Assembly: GCA_965198235.1 (NCBI GenBank)
Contig: OZ240248.1
Coordinates: 3,392,001 to 3,456,000 of the forward strand
From: Candidatus Poribacteria bacterium
GTDB lineage: Bacteria; Poribacteria; WGA-4E; WGA-3G
Direction of reading: 5' to 3'
Length of the DNA: 64,000 bases
In this document: piece after piece, positions 30,024-39,708 of the stretch
Position numbering within the stretch: position 1 is the first letter of the stretch
How the letters are laid out: each line of letters opens with the position of its first letter
Made by a program: the position numbers and the translations under genes
The notes under the pieces: generated by a model
The model's database searches: none
What the model was told of the DNA's origin: nothing
Seen by the model: only the letters and a program-made list of their open reading frames with translations

Positions 30024-30153
30024 CGTTCCACTTCGTTTCACGATGTTTTTCGGTTAAGTCTGTGACGCTTGGAGATCGGTACGGTTTTCAGAAGAAGACT
30101 CAAATTTTATTAGAAAAACATTTTTGGTTAAGTCTAATGGCTTTAATTCTGAC

Positions 30154-30975
30154 CTATTCCTTAAAGGAAGCCGTTACCCGCGGCATACTTTCCTCACAGG
30201 CAAACCGTTCAATGCTGGAGGCGCCCACGAAGCCGACGGCATCTGTTTTCTCGTTGATAAACGCTGCCTCTGGTGCTTTCGAGATGGGACCGCCGTGTGC
30301 CAAGCAGATAACGTCTGGGTTCACGGTTCTCGCGGCATCGCAAATCTCCTGCACTCGCACCGCCGCACCTTCAAGCGTGAAAGCCGTTTCCGCGCCGATA
30401 GTGCCACCTATCGTTGTTCCCATGTGTGCGATGATAACGTCCGCGCCGACCTTCGCCATATTCTCGGACTCTTCTGGATTGAAGACATAGACGATGGTGA
30501 AAAGATCCATCTCGTGCGCGATACCGATCGTTTCAACCTCTTTATAGAAGCCCATCCCTGTCTCTTCAAGCGTTACCCGAAAAGTTCCATCAATCACGCC
30601 AACGGTCGGGAAGTTATTAACGCCGTCGAAACCGACATCGCGGACCTGCTTAAGGAAGTTGCTCATCCTGCGCGTTGGGTCTGTGCCGTTGACCCCAGCG
30701 ATAACGGGGGTCTCTTTGACAACGGGTAGGACTTCACGCTCCCCCATCTCCATGACGATAGCGTTCGCATCACCGTAAGCCAAAAGTCCTGCACAGGAGC
30801 CGAACCCCGACATCCGATAGCGACCGGAATTGTAAATCACAATCAGGTCGGCGCCACCCTGTTCAGCGAATTTCGCTGTGATACCTGTTCCCGCGCCCAC
30901 AGCGAGTAAGGGTTTGTCTCTATTCAATTCTGTCTTCAGTCGTTCTAAAACCTGATCTCGTCTATAATCTGGCAT
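30154..30975 (-). CDS. Phosphoenolpyruvate hydrolase-like TIM-barrel protein (Tm-1-like)
   Basis: GAGTGITAK, IYNSGRYRM, NFPTVG, HGGPI, GFVGASSIER. Confidence 0.88.
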   Translation of the reverse strand: MPDYRRDQVLERLKTELNRDKPLLAVGAGTGITAKFAEQGGADLIVIYNSGRYRMSGFGSCAGLLAYGDANAIVMEMGEREVLPVVKETPVIAGVNGTDPTRRMSNFLKQVRDVGFDGVNNFPTVGVIDGTFRVTLEETGMGFYKEVETIGIAHEMDLFTIVYVFNPEESENMAKVGADVIIAHMGTTIGGTIGAETAFTLEGAAVRVQEICDAARTVNPDVICLAHGGPISKAPEAAFINEKTDAVGFVGASSIERFACEESMPRVTASFKE

Positions 30976-31110
30976 TTTTTAATTATTCCTTGCGGTTAAA
31001 TAACGTGGGTGTTTTTGCTTGGGTGTTTCCCCAGAACTTTGACATGCCTTTCTTGAATCCGCTCTCCATTTCATTACGAGCTGCGTTTTTGGTGCTGTGA
31101 AGATCGGGGA

Positions 31111-32511
31111 TTACGCCTCGCGGGATTTCGCCTGTAAACGCGCCGCCTGACCCGGATTCCCGATGTGCATTGTATTGTATGCCTGCTCGGATGACTTGAA
31201 AGGGCCAACACCTTTGTGTCCGTGCCAATCGCCCTGTGCCATAATCGGATTCGTCAAGCCTGTCTCCTGTTCTCGCTGAAGAATCCAGCTCTTCATCCGT
31301 GTTTCGAGAACATTGACGATGTCGGGGTGTGTCTCAGCGAGATTGTTGTTCTCATCGGGATCTTGGATAAGGTTGTAGAGTTCGACAGGGGGTTTGAAGT
31401 GGAAATCCGGTTCAAGCGCGACGATGAGTTTCCATTCAGGGGTACGCCAACCGTGCTTCCGCATCCACGTGCATTCTGTGATATAGAACTCGCTGTCGTA
31501 GGAGGTTATCTCGCCGTTCATTAACGGGGTGAGGCTCTTTCCATCGAATGCGATGTCTGTCTCGATATCTGCTAATTCAAGGAGTGTCGGCACAAGATCT
31601 TTATGTTGATTGTATCCAGCAACCCGTTTTCCGGCAGGTACACGTCCTGGATAACGGATAATGAGCGGTACGTGTAAGGTGACATCGTAAAGTCCATGAT
31701 GGTCGAACCAGCATTCATGGTCGTAGAGGGTTTCGCCGTGGTCTCCGTTGATAACGATGATTGTTTCGTCCAACACGCCGCGCGTTTCAAGCGCATTAAA
31801 GAGCGTCTGGATACACGCGTCCATATAAGCGACTGCGCCATCGTATTGCGCGATGACGTAATCTTTATCGGTAATTCCTTGTGGCATCCATGAAGCGAAG
31901 TAATCGCGAAACGGTTTAAACGCCATCACGGGTTCCATAGAGGTGTTGCTCGGATCGCACTCATCACCGTGGTAAAACACCCGTTCATAAGGGGCAGGCG
32001 GTAGGTAGGGTGAGTGAGGGTCCATGTGGCGCAGGAATAGGAAAAACGGTTTTTCGTCGTTCTGATCGATCAGTCGATTCAGTTCTGGGATAGTTGTTTT
32101 ATTGAGGTTTTCCGCTTTCGGGCTACGTCCAGTGTCATCGGGACCCCATCCAGAGTAGTCGAGATAGGTATCGAACCCACGTGCACTTGGTCCACTGAAT
32201 CCGACACAGGTCGTATCGTAGCCTGCGTCCCGAAGGATTTCCGGCAGCGTCTTGACCTCTTCGCGGAGCGGTCCTTGGTGCCGCAACGCGACAACCTGTG
32301 TGCTGAACGTATCCAATCCGGTCAGCATGGATGCATAAGCACTCGTTGTCGGGATGTGCGCGCTATAGGTTTTCTCAAAAAGGGTGGCACCCTCCGCAAA
32401 GCGGTCAATGTGAGGGGTTGTCAGTAAGTGATACCCGTAACAGCTCATGTGTGTTGCGAGAAGCGAATCAACTCCCATCAGGACGATATTTGGTTGTTTT
32501 GCCATATCCAT
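31111..32511 (-). CDS. Sulfatase-fold protein lacking the CxPxR motif
   Basis: QPNIVLMGVDSL, PTTSAYASMLTG, MDPHSPY, GDHGE, HVPLIIR. Confidence 0.85.
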   Translation of the reverse strand: MDMAKQPNIVLMGVDSLLATHMSCYGYHLLTTPHIDRFAEGATLFEKTYSAHIPTTSAYASMLTGLDTFSTQVVALRHQGPLREEVKTLPEILRDAGYDTTCVGFSGPSARGFDTYLDYSGWGPDDTGRSPKAENLNKTTIPELNRLIDQNDEKPFFLFLRHMDPHSPYLPPAPYERVFYHGDECDPSNTSMEPVMAFKPFRDYFASWMPQGITDKDYVIAQYDGAVAYMDACIQTLFNALETRGVLDETIIVINGDHGETLYDHECWFDHHGLYDVTLHVPLIIRYPGRVPAGKRVAGYNQHKDLVPTLLELADIETDIAFDGKSLTPLMNGEITSYDSEFYITECTWMRKHGWRTPEWKLIVALEPDFHFKPPVELYNLIQDPDENNNLAETHPDIVNVLETRMKSWILQREQETGLTNPIMAQGDWHGHKGVGPFKSSEQAYNTMHIGNPGQAARLQAKSREA

Positions 32512-32782
32512 TTCTCCTCTTTTTCAGTTATTGAATCTGGTCACCGTTCCAAATGTAAAGCATTCTGCGCAAGCCTCTATAGGAAACCTGCGGGACACTG
32601 CGAAGCAAAATTATGCCATTTAAGGCATAATTTCGTTTCATCGAAGAAACACCCGAGCAAAAACCCCCTCCCCAGTAACGGGTGAGGACCCCGGTTTTCG
32701 GTTAATACCAACTATCTCTGAGTTATCAAAGACTTTTTAATAGTTGAAATACTGCAAGGACAACGGACGCAGCAGCTCAGAT

Positions 32783-33592
32783 TTAATCGTTTAAAAAATC
32801 CTTATGCCAAATGAGCGTATTCTGAATATCGTCGTTAAGCACGTCACCAATTTCCAGCGAGTTAAAGTAGGGCTCCGGTAGGATGTTTCGCTTTCCGTTG
32901 AAGGTGCATCCATCGGGCATGAAACCACACGTCATCGCTCTACGGTGATGGATCGTCATATTCGCACCGGCACCGTGGGCAACGAGACCGTTATGCCATG
33001 CAATAGAGCCTGCAGGACAAGGGGCACACTGCGGTTCAATCTGTTTCCATTCTGGGTATACGTTAAATAGTTCACCGATATTTATTCCAATGCCGACGTT
33101 ATCAAAGCGTGCGGTTTTATGGGTGCCGGGGAGATACCACATACATCCGTTCGCAAGTGTGGCATCGTCCAGCGCAACCCAGAAGGAGACAGCATCCGGT
33201 GAATCAAAGGACCAGTACGGGACATCGAGGTGCCATGCGGTCGGATTACCGTGAGGCGGTTTAATCAGAGCCTGATCGTGCCAAATTCGCATCCCGTCAA
33301 CCCCGGCTAACTCCGTTGCCATCTTGCCGAGTCTCGGATCATGCACCAGTTTCTGCATCCCAGGGTGCGTGTCTGATAAACGGAGGCACTGCGTGAAAAC
33401 GCGGGCGTAAAACTGCTTCGCGTCCATCTGGTTCGTCATAAATTCGACTGAATTTCCGAGGCGTTCCTCAACAGATTCATCGGTGCATCGTCGCCACTCC
33501 GCCAACTCCTCGGCATCAAAAAAGTTCTCAATGACAAGAAAACCGTTTTCCTGATAAAAATTAATTTGTGATTCGGTGAGTTCGTTCTGCAT
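32783..33592 (-). CDS. PhyH family dioxygenase
   Basis: DQALIKPP, WHLD, WVALDDATLANGC, AHGAG. Confidence 0.92.
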   Translation of the reverse strand: MQNELTESQINFYQENGFLVIENFFDAEELAEWRRCTDESVEERLGNSVEFMTNQMDAKQFYARVFTQCLRLSDTHPGMQKLVHDPRLGKMATELAGVDGMRIWHDQALIKPPHGNPTAWHLDVPYWSFDSPDAVSFWVALDDATLANGCMWYLPGTHKTARFDNVGIGINIGELFNVYPEWKQIEPQCAPCPAGSIAWHNGLVAHGAGANMTIHHRRAMTCGFMPDGCTFNGKRNILPEPYFNSLEIGDVLNDDIQNTLIWHKDFLND

Positions 33593-34139
33593 TCTCCACC
33601 TTCTCCTTCCAGTTCTTTGGGTTATGGGCTTGCGAGCGACCCATTACAAAATTGTATCACAGAAGCGATAAATAGACAAAAGAAAAAATATCAAACAAGT
33701 GTTTGGGATGTTGGGTTTCGCTATATCTTTGTAGAGGAATCGTTGATTGGGAATCAGAGTTTTCTGTGGAAACAAGAAGAGCTTTGGGTTCGCCGCTCAA
33801 CCCAACCTACGATTTTGTCGCCCCGCTGGTGAAAAAAACATTGACAAAAAAGACGCTCAAAATCCGCGCAATCTGCGTCATCCGCGTCATCCGCGATTCA
33901 GACGGAAACTTTAATAATCCTGAAAAGATCGAAGAGGTTTCCTGTCCCCTGATAAGGGGGAGTGAGGGGGTTATCCTGATTCAGACAACTTCCAATTTCT
34001 ATGCTTCACAACTTTTAATCACCGACGGAAACCGACCGCTGACCGCAACCTACACCTACTAACAACTCTCACTGTGAGGCAAATCGATAACTGACAACTA
34101 AATAACGCTGCCTAAATTCGCTTTAAATCTGGAATTGTC

Positions 34140-34169
34140 TTGAAGTGGAACGTCCAATTGTGATATAAT
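34140..34169 (+). promoter_or_regulatory. Sigma70 promoter with extended -10
   Basis: TTGAAG-N18-TATAAT with TG at the extension position. Confidence 0.65.
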
Positions 34170-34224
34170 TTTAAAAAGTGATAAAATAGAGTAATGTTTG
34201 AAGCTTATCCTGCGAGGAAATCAG

Positions 34225-34857
34225 ATGAATTGCGAAATGAGCGAAACCCGAATGCGAATCCTGCAACTGCTGAAAATGCGTGCCGGTATGACAGTGAGTC
34301 AGTTAAAAGATGCTTTGCATATCAGCCAAATGGGAATCCGTCAACACCTCACCATACTTGAAGCAGAGGGGTTAGTTGAGCACTACCAAGAAAAGCAGGG
34401 ACGTGGCCGTCCGCCTTATATCTATCAATTAACCGATGAGGCAAATAGTCTCTTCCCAACAACTTACGCTAACTTTGCTGTTGGTCTAATGCATGAAGTT
34501 GCCAAATTCAACGGACCCGGTTTCATCAACAAAGTCTTTCGAGGTCGGATGAAATCGCAGTTGCAGACGTATCAACTGCGGCTTCAAGGGAAAAACCTGC
34601 CCGAACGTGTCAAGGAACTTGCTCGTATTCGTGATGAAGAGGGGTACATGGCACGCTTTGACGAGAATGAAAACGACTACGTCTTAACCGAACATAACTG
34701 TCCTATCGCGTTGATCGCGCAAGAGTACCCGCACGTCTGCGAAATTGAAACGGCACTTTTCCGGCAATCCTTGGATGCGAAAGTTGTTCGAGTGGAGCAT
34801 CTCATGCAAGGAAACCATAAATGTTGCTACCGGATTCCTAAAGCCGACGAAGAGTAA
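34225..34857 (+). CDS. SufR-like winged-HTH (Fe-S-sensing) transcriptional regulator
   Basis: HTH with IRQHL..LE and GRGRP; C-terminal EHNCPI-x-C..C. Confidence 0.8.
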   Translation: MNCEMSETRMRILQLLKMRAGMTVSQLKDALHISQMGIRQHLTILEAEGLVEHYQEKQGRGRPPYIYQLTDEANSLFPTTYANFAVGLMHEVAKFNGPGFINKVFRGRMKSQLQTYQLRLQGKNLPERVKELARIRDEEGYMARFDENENDYVLTEHNCPIALIAQEYPHVCEIETALFRQSLDAKVVRVEHLMQGNHKCCYRIPKADEE

Positions 34858-34891
34858 GGCTCTGCACGAGAGCGGAGCATGACTTTCAGGG

Positions 34892-35494
34892 ATGGAACGT
34901 GAAATGGCTGATGAAACGGGGAGACGTGGCTTTTTCAAGGAAGCCTTGAACCAACTCATCCAACCGGTCGCTGAGTTTCTTGATGGCCAGGTAGTCGACC
35001 ATCTGATAGCTGAGGAGCCGAGTAACCGTCCGCTTTTCCGCCCTCCGGGGGCGTTGCCCGAAGCGGAATTCTTAGAAAAGTGTCATCGGTGTGGCAACTG
35101 CGTCAAGAACTGTCCCGCAAACGCTATTTTCCCGTTACAGACTACCCAACCCGATATCGCGAATACACCTTATATCGATCCTGAGGAACAGCCGTGCGTC
35201 ATCTGCGATTCATTGGCATGCATGTACGTTTGTCCGAGCGGTGCTTTGCAACCTGTTTATGCCGAAGATATTAAAATCGGTTTGGCAGTTTTCAGTGCTG
35301 AAACCTGTCTTCGGACAAAAGATGTGGATTGTACTTACTGTGTCGATACGTGTCCGATTGGCGAGGATGCGATTCACTTCACGTCAGATGGCGTTGTAGA
35401 GGTTATTGATGCTGGATGCACAGGATGTGGGGTATGTCAATACGCCTGTCCAACTTCACCAAAATCAATAGTTATTGAACCTCTCGCTGAGTGA
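34892..35494 (+). CDS. 4Fe-4S polyferredoxin, NapF/NapG/MauM-like
   Basis: RRGFF, RPPGA, four CxxCxxCxxxCP-type clusters. Confidence 0.88.
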   Translation: MEREMADETGRRGFFKEALNQLIQPVAEFLDGQVVDHLIAEEPSNRPLFRPPGALPEAEFLEKCHRCGNCVKNCPANAIFPLQTTQPDIANTPYIDPEEQPCVICDSLACMYVCPSGALQPVYAEDIKIGLAVFSAETCLRTKDVDCTYCVDTCPIGEDAIHFTSDGVVEVIDAGCTGCGVCQYACPTSPKSIVIEPLAE

Positions 35495-35553
35495 GATGTT
35501 ATATATGGGTTTCGGGTATATCCGATTGTATTTCGCACCTTTTCGAAAGAAAT

Positions 35554-36108
35554 ATGTCTGTACTTATACAAATACTTATGCAGCGTACTTTAGGAGGGCA
35601 AAACCTACGCGATATCAAACCACCCTTAGAGGTGCCGCAGAATTTGCTACCTTATTTCATCAGTGGTACAGTGATACTCGGCTTTGTAATTATATTGATA
35701 TGGTACTATCTTCAAAAACGCCGTCAACCGTTACCTGTCCCAGTAACAGATGAGAAGGACACACCGTTGGCGCATGAGGTAGCATACGAAAAACTGGCAG
35801 CAATTGAAGCCTCTGATTGGCTAAAGCGTGGCGACATGGAGACATATCATACCCAAATTGCGTATGTCCTCCGCCAATACATCGATGCACGTTATCATAT
35901 TCCAGCGTTGGAGTTGACAACGACAGGATTGCTGCAGGCGATGCTACGCGCTGAAATAGCCATGCCCTATGTTGAACGGGCGCAGCAATTACTCGCCAAT
36001 TGTGATATGGTGAAATTTGCAACCTATCAGCCGGAATTAACAGAGGCATCTGCACGGATAGCAGACGCTCGCTGGGTTGTTGACGAGACAAAGTCTCTTA
36101 TGCCATAA
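35554..36108 (+). CDS. Single-TM BatD/DUF4381-like protein
   Basis: LRDIKPP, one TM, LRQYI, ALELTT, DMVKFA; start uncertain. Confidence 0.7.
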   Translation: MSVLIQILMQRTLGGQNLRDIKPPLEVPQNLLPYFISGTVILGFVIILIWYYLQKRRQPLPVPVTDEKDTPLAHEVAYEKLAAIEASDWLKRGDMETYHTQIAYVLRQYIDARYHIPALELTTTGLLQAMLRAEIAMPYVERAQQLLANCDMVKFATYQPELTEASARIADARWVVDETKSLMP

Positions 36109-36131
36109 ACTACCGCTTAAGGTTCCCACCT

Positions 36132-36366
36132 CCGCTGGCGAGGTTTGATGAAGATTAAAAATTTAATTCGGTAATTTCCTAACAATATCCGGGGCGGTGT
36201 TTTTGCTTGGGGTTTTTGATAGGGCATTTCTGCGGATTTCCCTGCGGATTTCCCCTAGGAAACCGCACCTACCGGGCCTGGGAAAACATAGAATTACCGA
36301 AATATTTTCTGAAACTTCATGTAACCTCGCCCTACAATGTCCAAGTCGCTGTGGACTTTACTGTAG
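36132..36366. repeat. Nested REP/MITE composite
   Basis: A split GGCGAGGTTTG/TAACCTCGCC palindrome encloses TTCGGTAATT/AATTACCGAA IRs, which enclose a second split palindrome. Confidence 0.7.
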
Positions 36367-36570
36367 TCCCGTAAACCCCGATTCTGACAACTGATTGCGG
36401 AAAAACTGATTGCCTCTGATAAAAGTCTTGGCATAATTTCAAAAAATATAGTATTATGTTTAATTAAGTTTTTCATAAACCTTTAATTTACGGAAAATGC
36501 CAACTTAGGTGAACGAATTTTATACGCTACTTAATATAAACACAAGCCATAGCAAGGAGGGAAAATTAGC

Positions 36571-37002
36571 GTGTCAGTTGAACACAAAGTACTCCTCACT
36601 ATACCAATGTACCCTGATATGGAACTTGCCGCAGCGAAAACTGGCTCTGTCCTTGCTGAATTGAAGGACTTCAACGAGGAGGCAGTTGAAGAAATTCAAC
36701 TCGCTATCATCGAATCTTGTATCAACGCTTCTGAACATAGCCAAAGCGAGGATAAGGAAGTACATATTCAGTTTTTAGTTACGGACGATCAGTTGGAAGT
36801 CAAAATTACTGATCGAGGGGTTGGTATAACTGCAGATACACTGGACGGCACCCGCTTACTCGGTAGACCGGGTGTACACCCCGATTTACGTAAACGTGGA
36901 AGAGGCTTACAAATTATTAGAGCTTTAATGGATGAAGTGGTTATAGAAAGCAGCCCTAACGGGACTACTGTTAGTTTCACGAAAAAGAAGACCTCCAAAT
37001 AG
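36571..37002 (+). CDS. Anti-sigma factor Ser/Thr kinase (RsbW-like, HATPase_c_2)
   Basis: IQLAIIESCINASEH, TDRGVG, RGRGLQIIRALMDEV. Confidence 0.9.
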   Translation: MSVEHKVLLTIPMYPDMELAAAKTGSVLAELKDFNEEAVEEIQLAIIESCINASEHSQSEDKEVHIQFLVTDDQLEVKITDRGVGITADTLDGTRLLGRPGVHPDLRKRGRGLQIIRALMDEVVIESSPNGTTVSFTKKKTSK

Positions 37003-37201
37003 ATCGCTGTGTCGCTATTGCGCAAGCCTATAGAGGAAACCTGCGGGACAATATGTCTACAACACAATTTTGAACCTGTCGCAGATAATTGACAAAATTG
37101 TGTTCAAATGTGTTGTTAAACGACGCGTTTTTTTAATACATCACGTTTCTGTTTTGGGGCGGTTCACAAGTCCATATTAAGAACTTAGGGAGGTAAGCGA
37201 T

Positions 37202-37546
37202 TTGTTGGACAAATTCGATATTCAAATTCGAGAGGCGAAAGAGCACGCGGTGATTGAAACAACTGGATACCTGAATGATGCCCTCGGAGAACAACTCTCC
37301 GAGAAAGCACAGGGACTCATTCAGAATGGCTGTACGCAACTCGTAATTAACCTTGAAAAAACAACACTCATTAACAGCATCGGTATATCTATACTTATTG
37401 AGATTATAGAGGCACTTACTGAACACGAAGGCACCCTGAATTTCTGTGGGTTGTCTGCCACACAGGAGCGCACATTCCGCATGATGGCAATTGCCAAATA
37501 CGCAGGTATCTTTCCAGACGAAGAATCTGCTATTGCCAACCTATAA
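37202..37546 (+). CDS. STAS-domain anti-anti-sigma factor (RsbV-like)
   Basis: LVINLEKTTLINSIGI containing the phospho-acceptor Ser; GGAGG RBS with TTG start. Confidence 0.9.
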   Translation: MLDKFDIQIREAKEHAVIETTGYLNDALGEQLSEKAQGLIQNGCTQLVINLEKTTLINSIGISILIEIIEALTEHEGTLNFCGLSATQERTFRMMAIAKYAGIFPDEESAIANL

Positions 37547-37707
37547 CTTTTTTAGGCATAAATTTTGATCCGGAAATAAATCAAAAATTGTTTTGCTTTA
37601 CATTGGCGAAGGCCTTTTGGGTAGGACATGTTCCGGTGCCTTAGGTATATGCTTGTGGTAACAGATATAAGAAAAAATAAAGACTGACATTATTTGGATG
37701 CAATACT

Positions 37708-39675
37708 ATGAAAGATTCGAGCAAACCTATGTCAGGAGACAGTTTGCAAGCCCATAAAACACCAAATACCGCAGAGCAGACGATGGAGAGGCTTATCTTC
37801 AGCCTGTCCGAGTTGGAACATTTGGGCCAAACATTGATCTCTGGACACACCAACTTTAATCATTCAAGTAAAACCTATCTCCGGATCACCCTCGGCACTT
37901 TGCAAGTCACACGCGGAGCGATACTCCGTTACCACCCGACGCGGCAAAATCTTGAAGTCGTTGCATCATCCCCTGATGAAGTGTTTTCTCCAATCGCTGT
38001 TGAGCCAAACGAAATCGAGAGTTTACTACAGCAGTCATTCATTGAGAGGACCACTGTCCCAGAACACCTTGAACAATTCTTCGCTCGGAGTGCCAAGTTC
38101 GTCGAAACTATTGACATACGTCTTTGGGTGCCTCTGAAGATTCAAGATGAATTTCTCGGAATGATTGGTTTAGGAAGTTTCTTGGGCAGAGGGGCATTGG
38201 AAGCATGGGAGATGGAATTGTTAACAACTTTTGCTCACCAAATTTCAATCGCCATCGCTTATTCCCAAATGGTGGAGGGAGTTCAAAGCGAAAAATTTCG
38301 ATTGTTCATGCTTGCAGAAAGTGCGCCGCAAATCTGTCAACTTCTACAACCTGAAGCCGCCGCAGAACAGGTAGTGCACCAGGCTGTCTCACTCTTAGAC
38401 GCTAACGCTGGGGCACTCATGCTCACGCATCCGGAACGTCAGGAACTTGAGATGCACTACACCTTTCCGGAGACATTGATTGAAGGTCCCACAGCTGATT
38501 CCAGCCCTAACGGGACAGCGCAAGTCTCTATAGACTTGCGGGACAATGTTCCTTATGGTGAAGAGGCACCCGTCTCCTTGGAAACAACGTCCGTAGACAT
38601 GCTGAAATCTGTTGTTAAGGAAGGATTGCCCGGGCACTGTCCACCAAAATCCGACACGCTTTTCGGAGGAAAGAGTTTGATGGCAGTCCCTATTCCCGGA
38701 CGCGACGGTGACATTCTCGGAATCCTCGTTGTTGGTGATAAAGAGGAACGTGGTGGTAGGATCGCACCCTTTACCGATGAGGATGTTATCCTACTTGATT
38801 CTTTTGCGAAACAGGCAGGGGTCGCTATTGAAAACGCACACCTGCATCAGGAAGCGCTGGAGGCACGCCAGTTACAAGCGGAAATGGAGGAAGCTCGCAA
38901 GATACAGGTGAATCTCATTCCGGAGAAGCTACCTGACATTCCCGGATACGAAGTTGCCGGTCATTATGAGCCACGGGGTCCCGTTGGAGGCGACTATTAT
39001 GATTGTATCGCCTTGCCGACCGGACGTTGGGGACTCGCAATTGCAGATGTTTCTGGAAAGGGTATGCAAGCCGCACTGCTCATGGCAACACTACGCGCAG
39101 GACTCATCTCTGAATTGTCTCGTGGAAAAGGCACCGCAGCGGAAGATTCAGTACAAAATGACCTGAGCTCGGTTGCTTTGTACGCTGAACTTATCGATAT
39201 GGCTTTGACGCTGAACTCGCTCCTTTACGCCAGTGGTACAGAAGAGAAGTACGCGACTTTCTTCTACAGTCATCTTAACCCCGATACGGATGTCTTGACG
39301 ACGCTCAATGCAGGGCATAATCCACCGCTACTCGTTAGAAAGGATGGCACTTACAAGTGGTTGGGTGAAGAGGTTGGAGGTATTCCGCTCGGAATGTTTC
39401 CGAACGAAATGGTTCCGAACATCGCTGAGTATGAAGCCGAGAATGTCCAACTCGCAAGTGGTGATGTCGTCGTATATTATACGGACGGTGTTACAGAAAC
39501 CGTCAATGTTGAAGATGAGTATTATGAGGAAGATCGACTCGTAGAGGATTCCAAAGCCTGCAAGGATTCGGATGCTGAGGGTATCCGAAAATATCTTCAC
39601 GACGCAGTCATGGGATTTCAGGGGGAAGCCGATCAGTTTGACGATCTGACCCTACTTATTTTGAGGAAGCAGTAA
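37708..39675 (+). CDS. GAF-GAF-SpoIIE (PP2C) phosphatase, RsbU-like
   Basis: VGGDYYD, ADVSGKG, NAGHNPP, YTDGVTE, DDLT. Confidence 0.92.
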   Translation: MKDSSKPMSGDSLQAHKTPNTAEQTMERLIFSLSELEHLGQTLISGHTNFNHSSKTYLRITLGTLQVTRGAILRYHPTRQNLEVVASSPDEVFSPIAVEPNEIESLLQQSFIERTTVPEHLEQFFARSAKFVETIDIRLWVPLKIQDEFLGMIGLGSFLGRGALEAWEMELLTTFAHQISIAIAYSQMVEGVQSEKFRLFMLAESAPQICQLLQPEAAAEQVVHQAVSLLDANAGALMLTHPERQELEMHYTFPETLIEGPTADSSPNGTAQVSIDLRDNVPYGEEAPVSLETTSVDMLKSVVKEGLPGHCPPKSDTLFGGKSLMAVPIPGRDGDILGILVVGDKEERGGRIAPFTDEDVILLDSFAKQAGVAIENAHLHQEALEARQLQAEMEEARKIQVNLIPEKLPDIPGYEVAGHYEPRGPVGGDYYDCIALPTGRWGLAIADVSGKGMQAALLMATLRAGLISELSRGKGTAAEDSVQNDLSSVALYAELIDMALTLNSLLYASGTEEKYATFFYSHLNPDTDVLTTLNAGHNPPLLVRKDGTYKWLGEEVGGIPLGMFPNEMVPNIAEYEAENVQLASGDVVVYYTDGVTETVNVEDEYYEEDRLVEDSKACKDSDAEGIRKYLHDAVMGFQGEADQFDDLTLLILRKQ

Positions 39676-39708
39676 GCACGTTGGTACGTCTACAGTAAGA
39701 GAATACGC

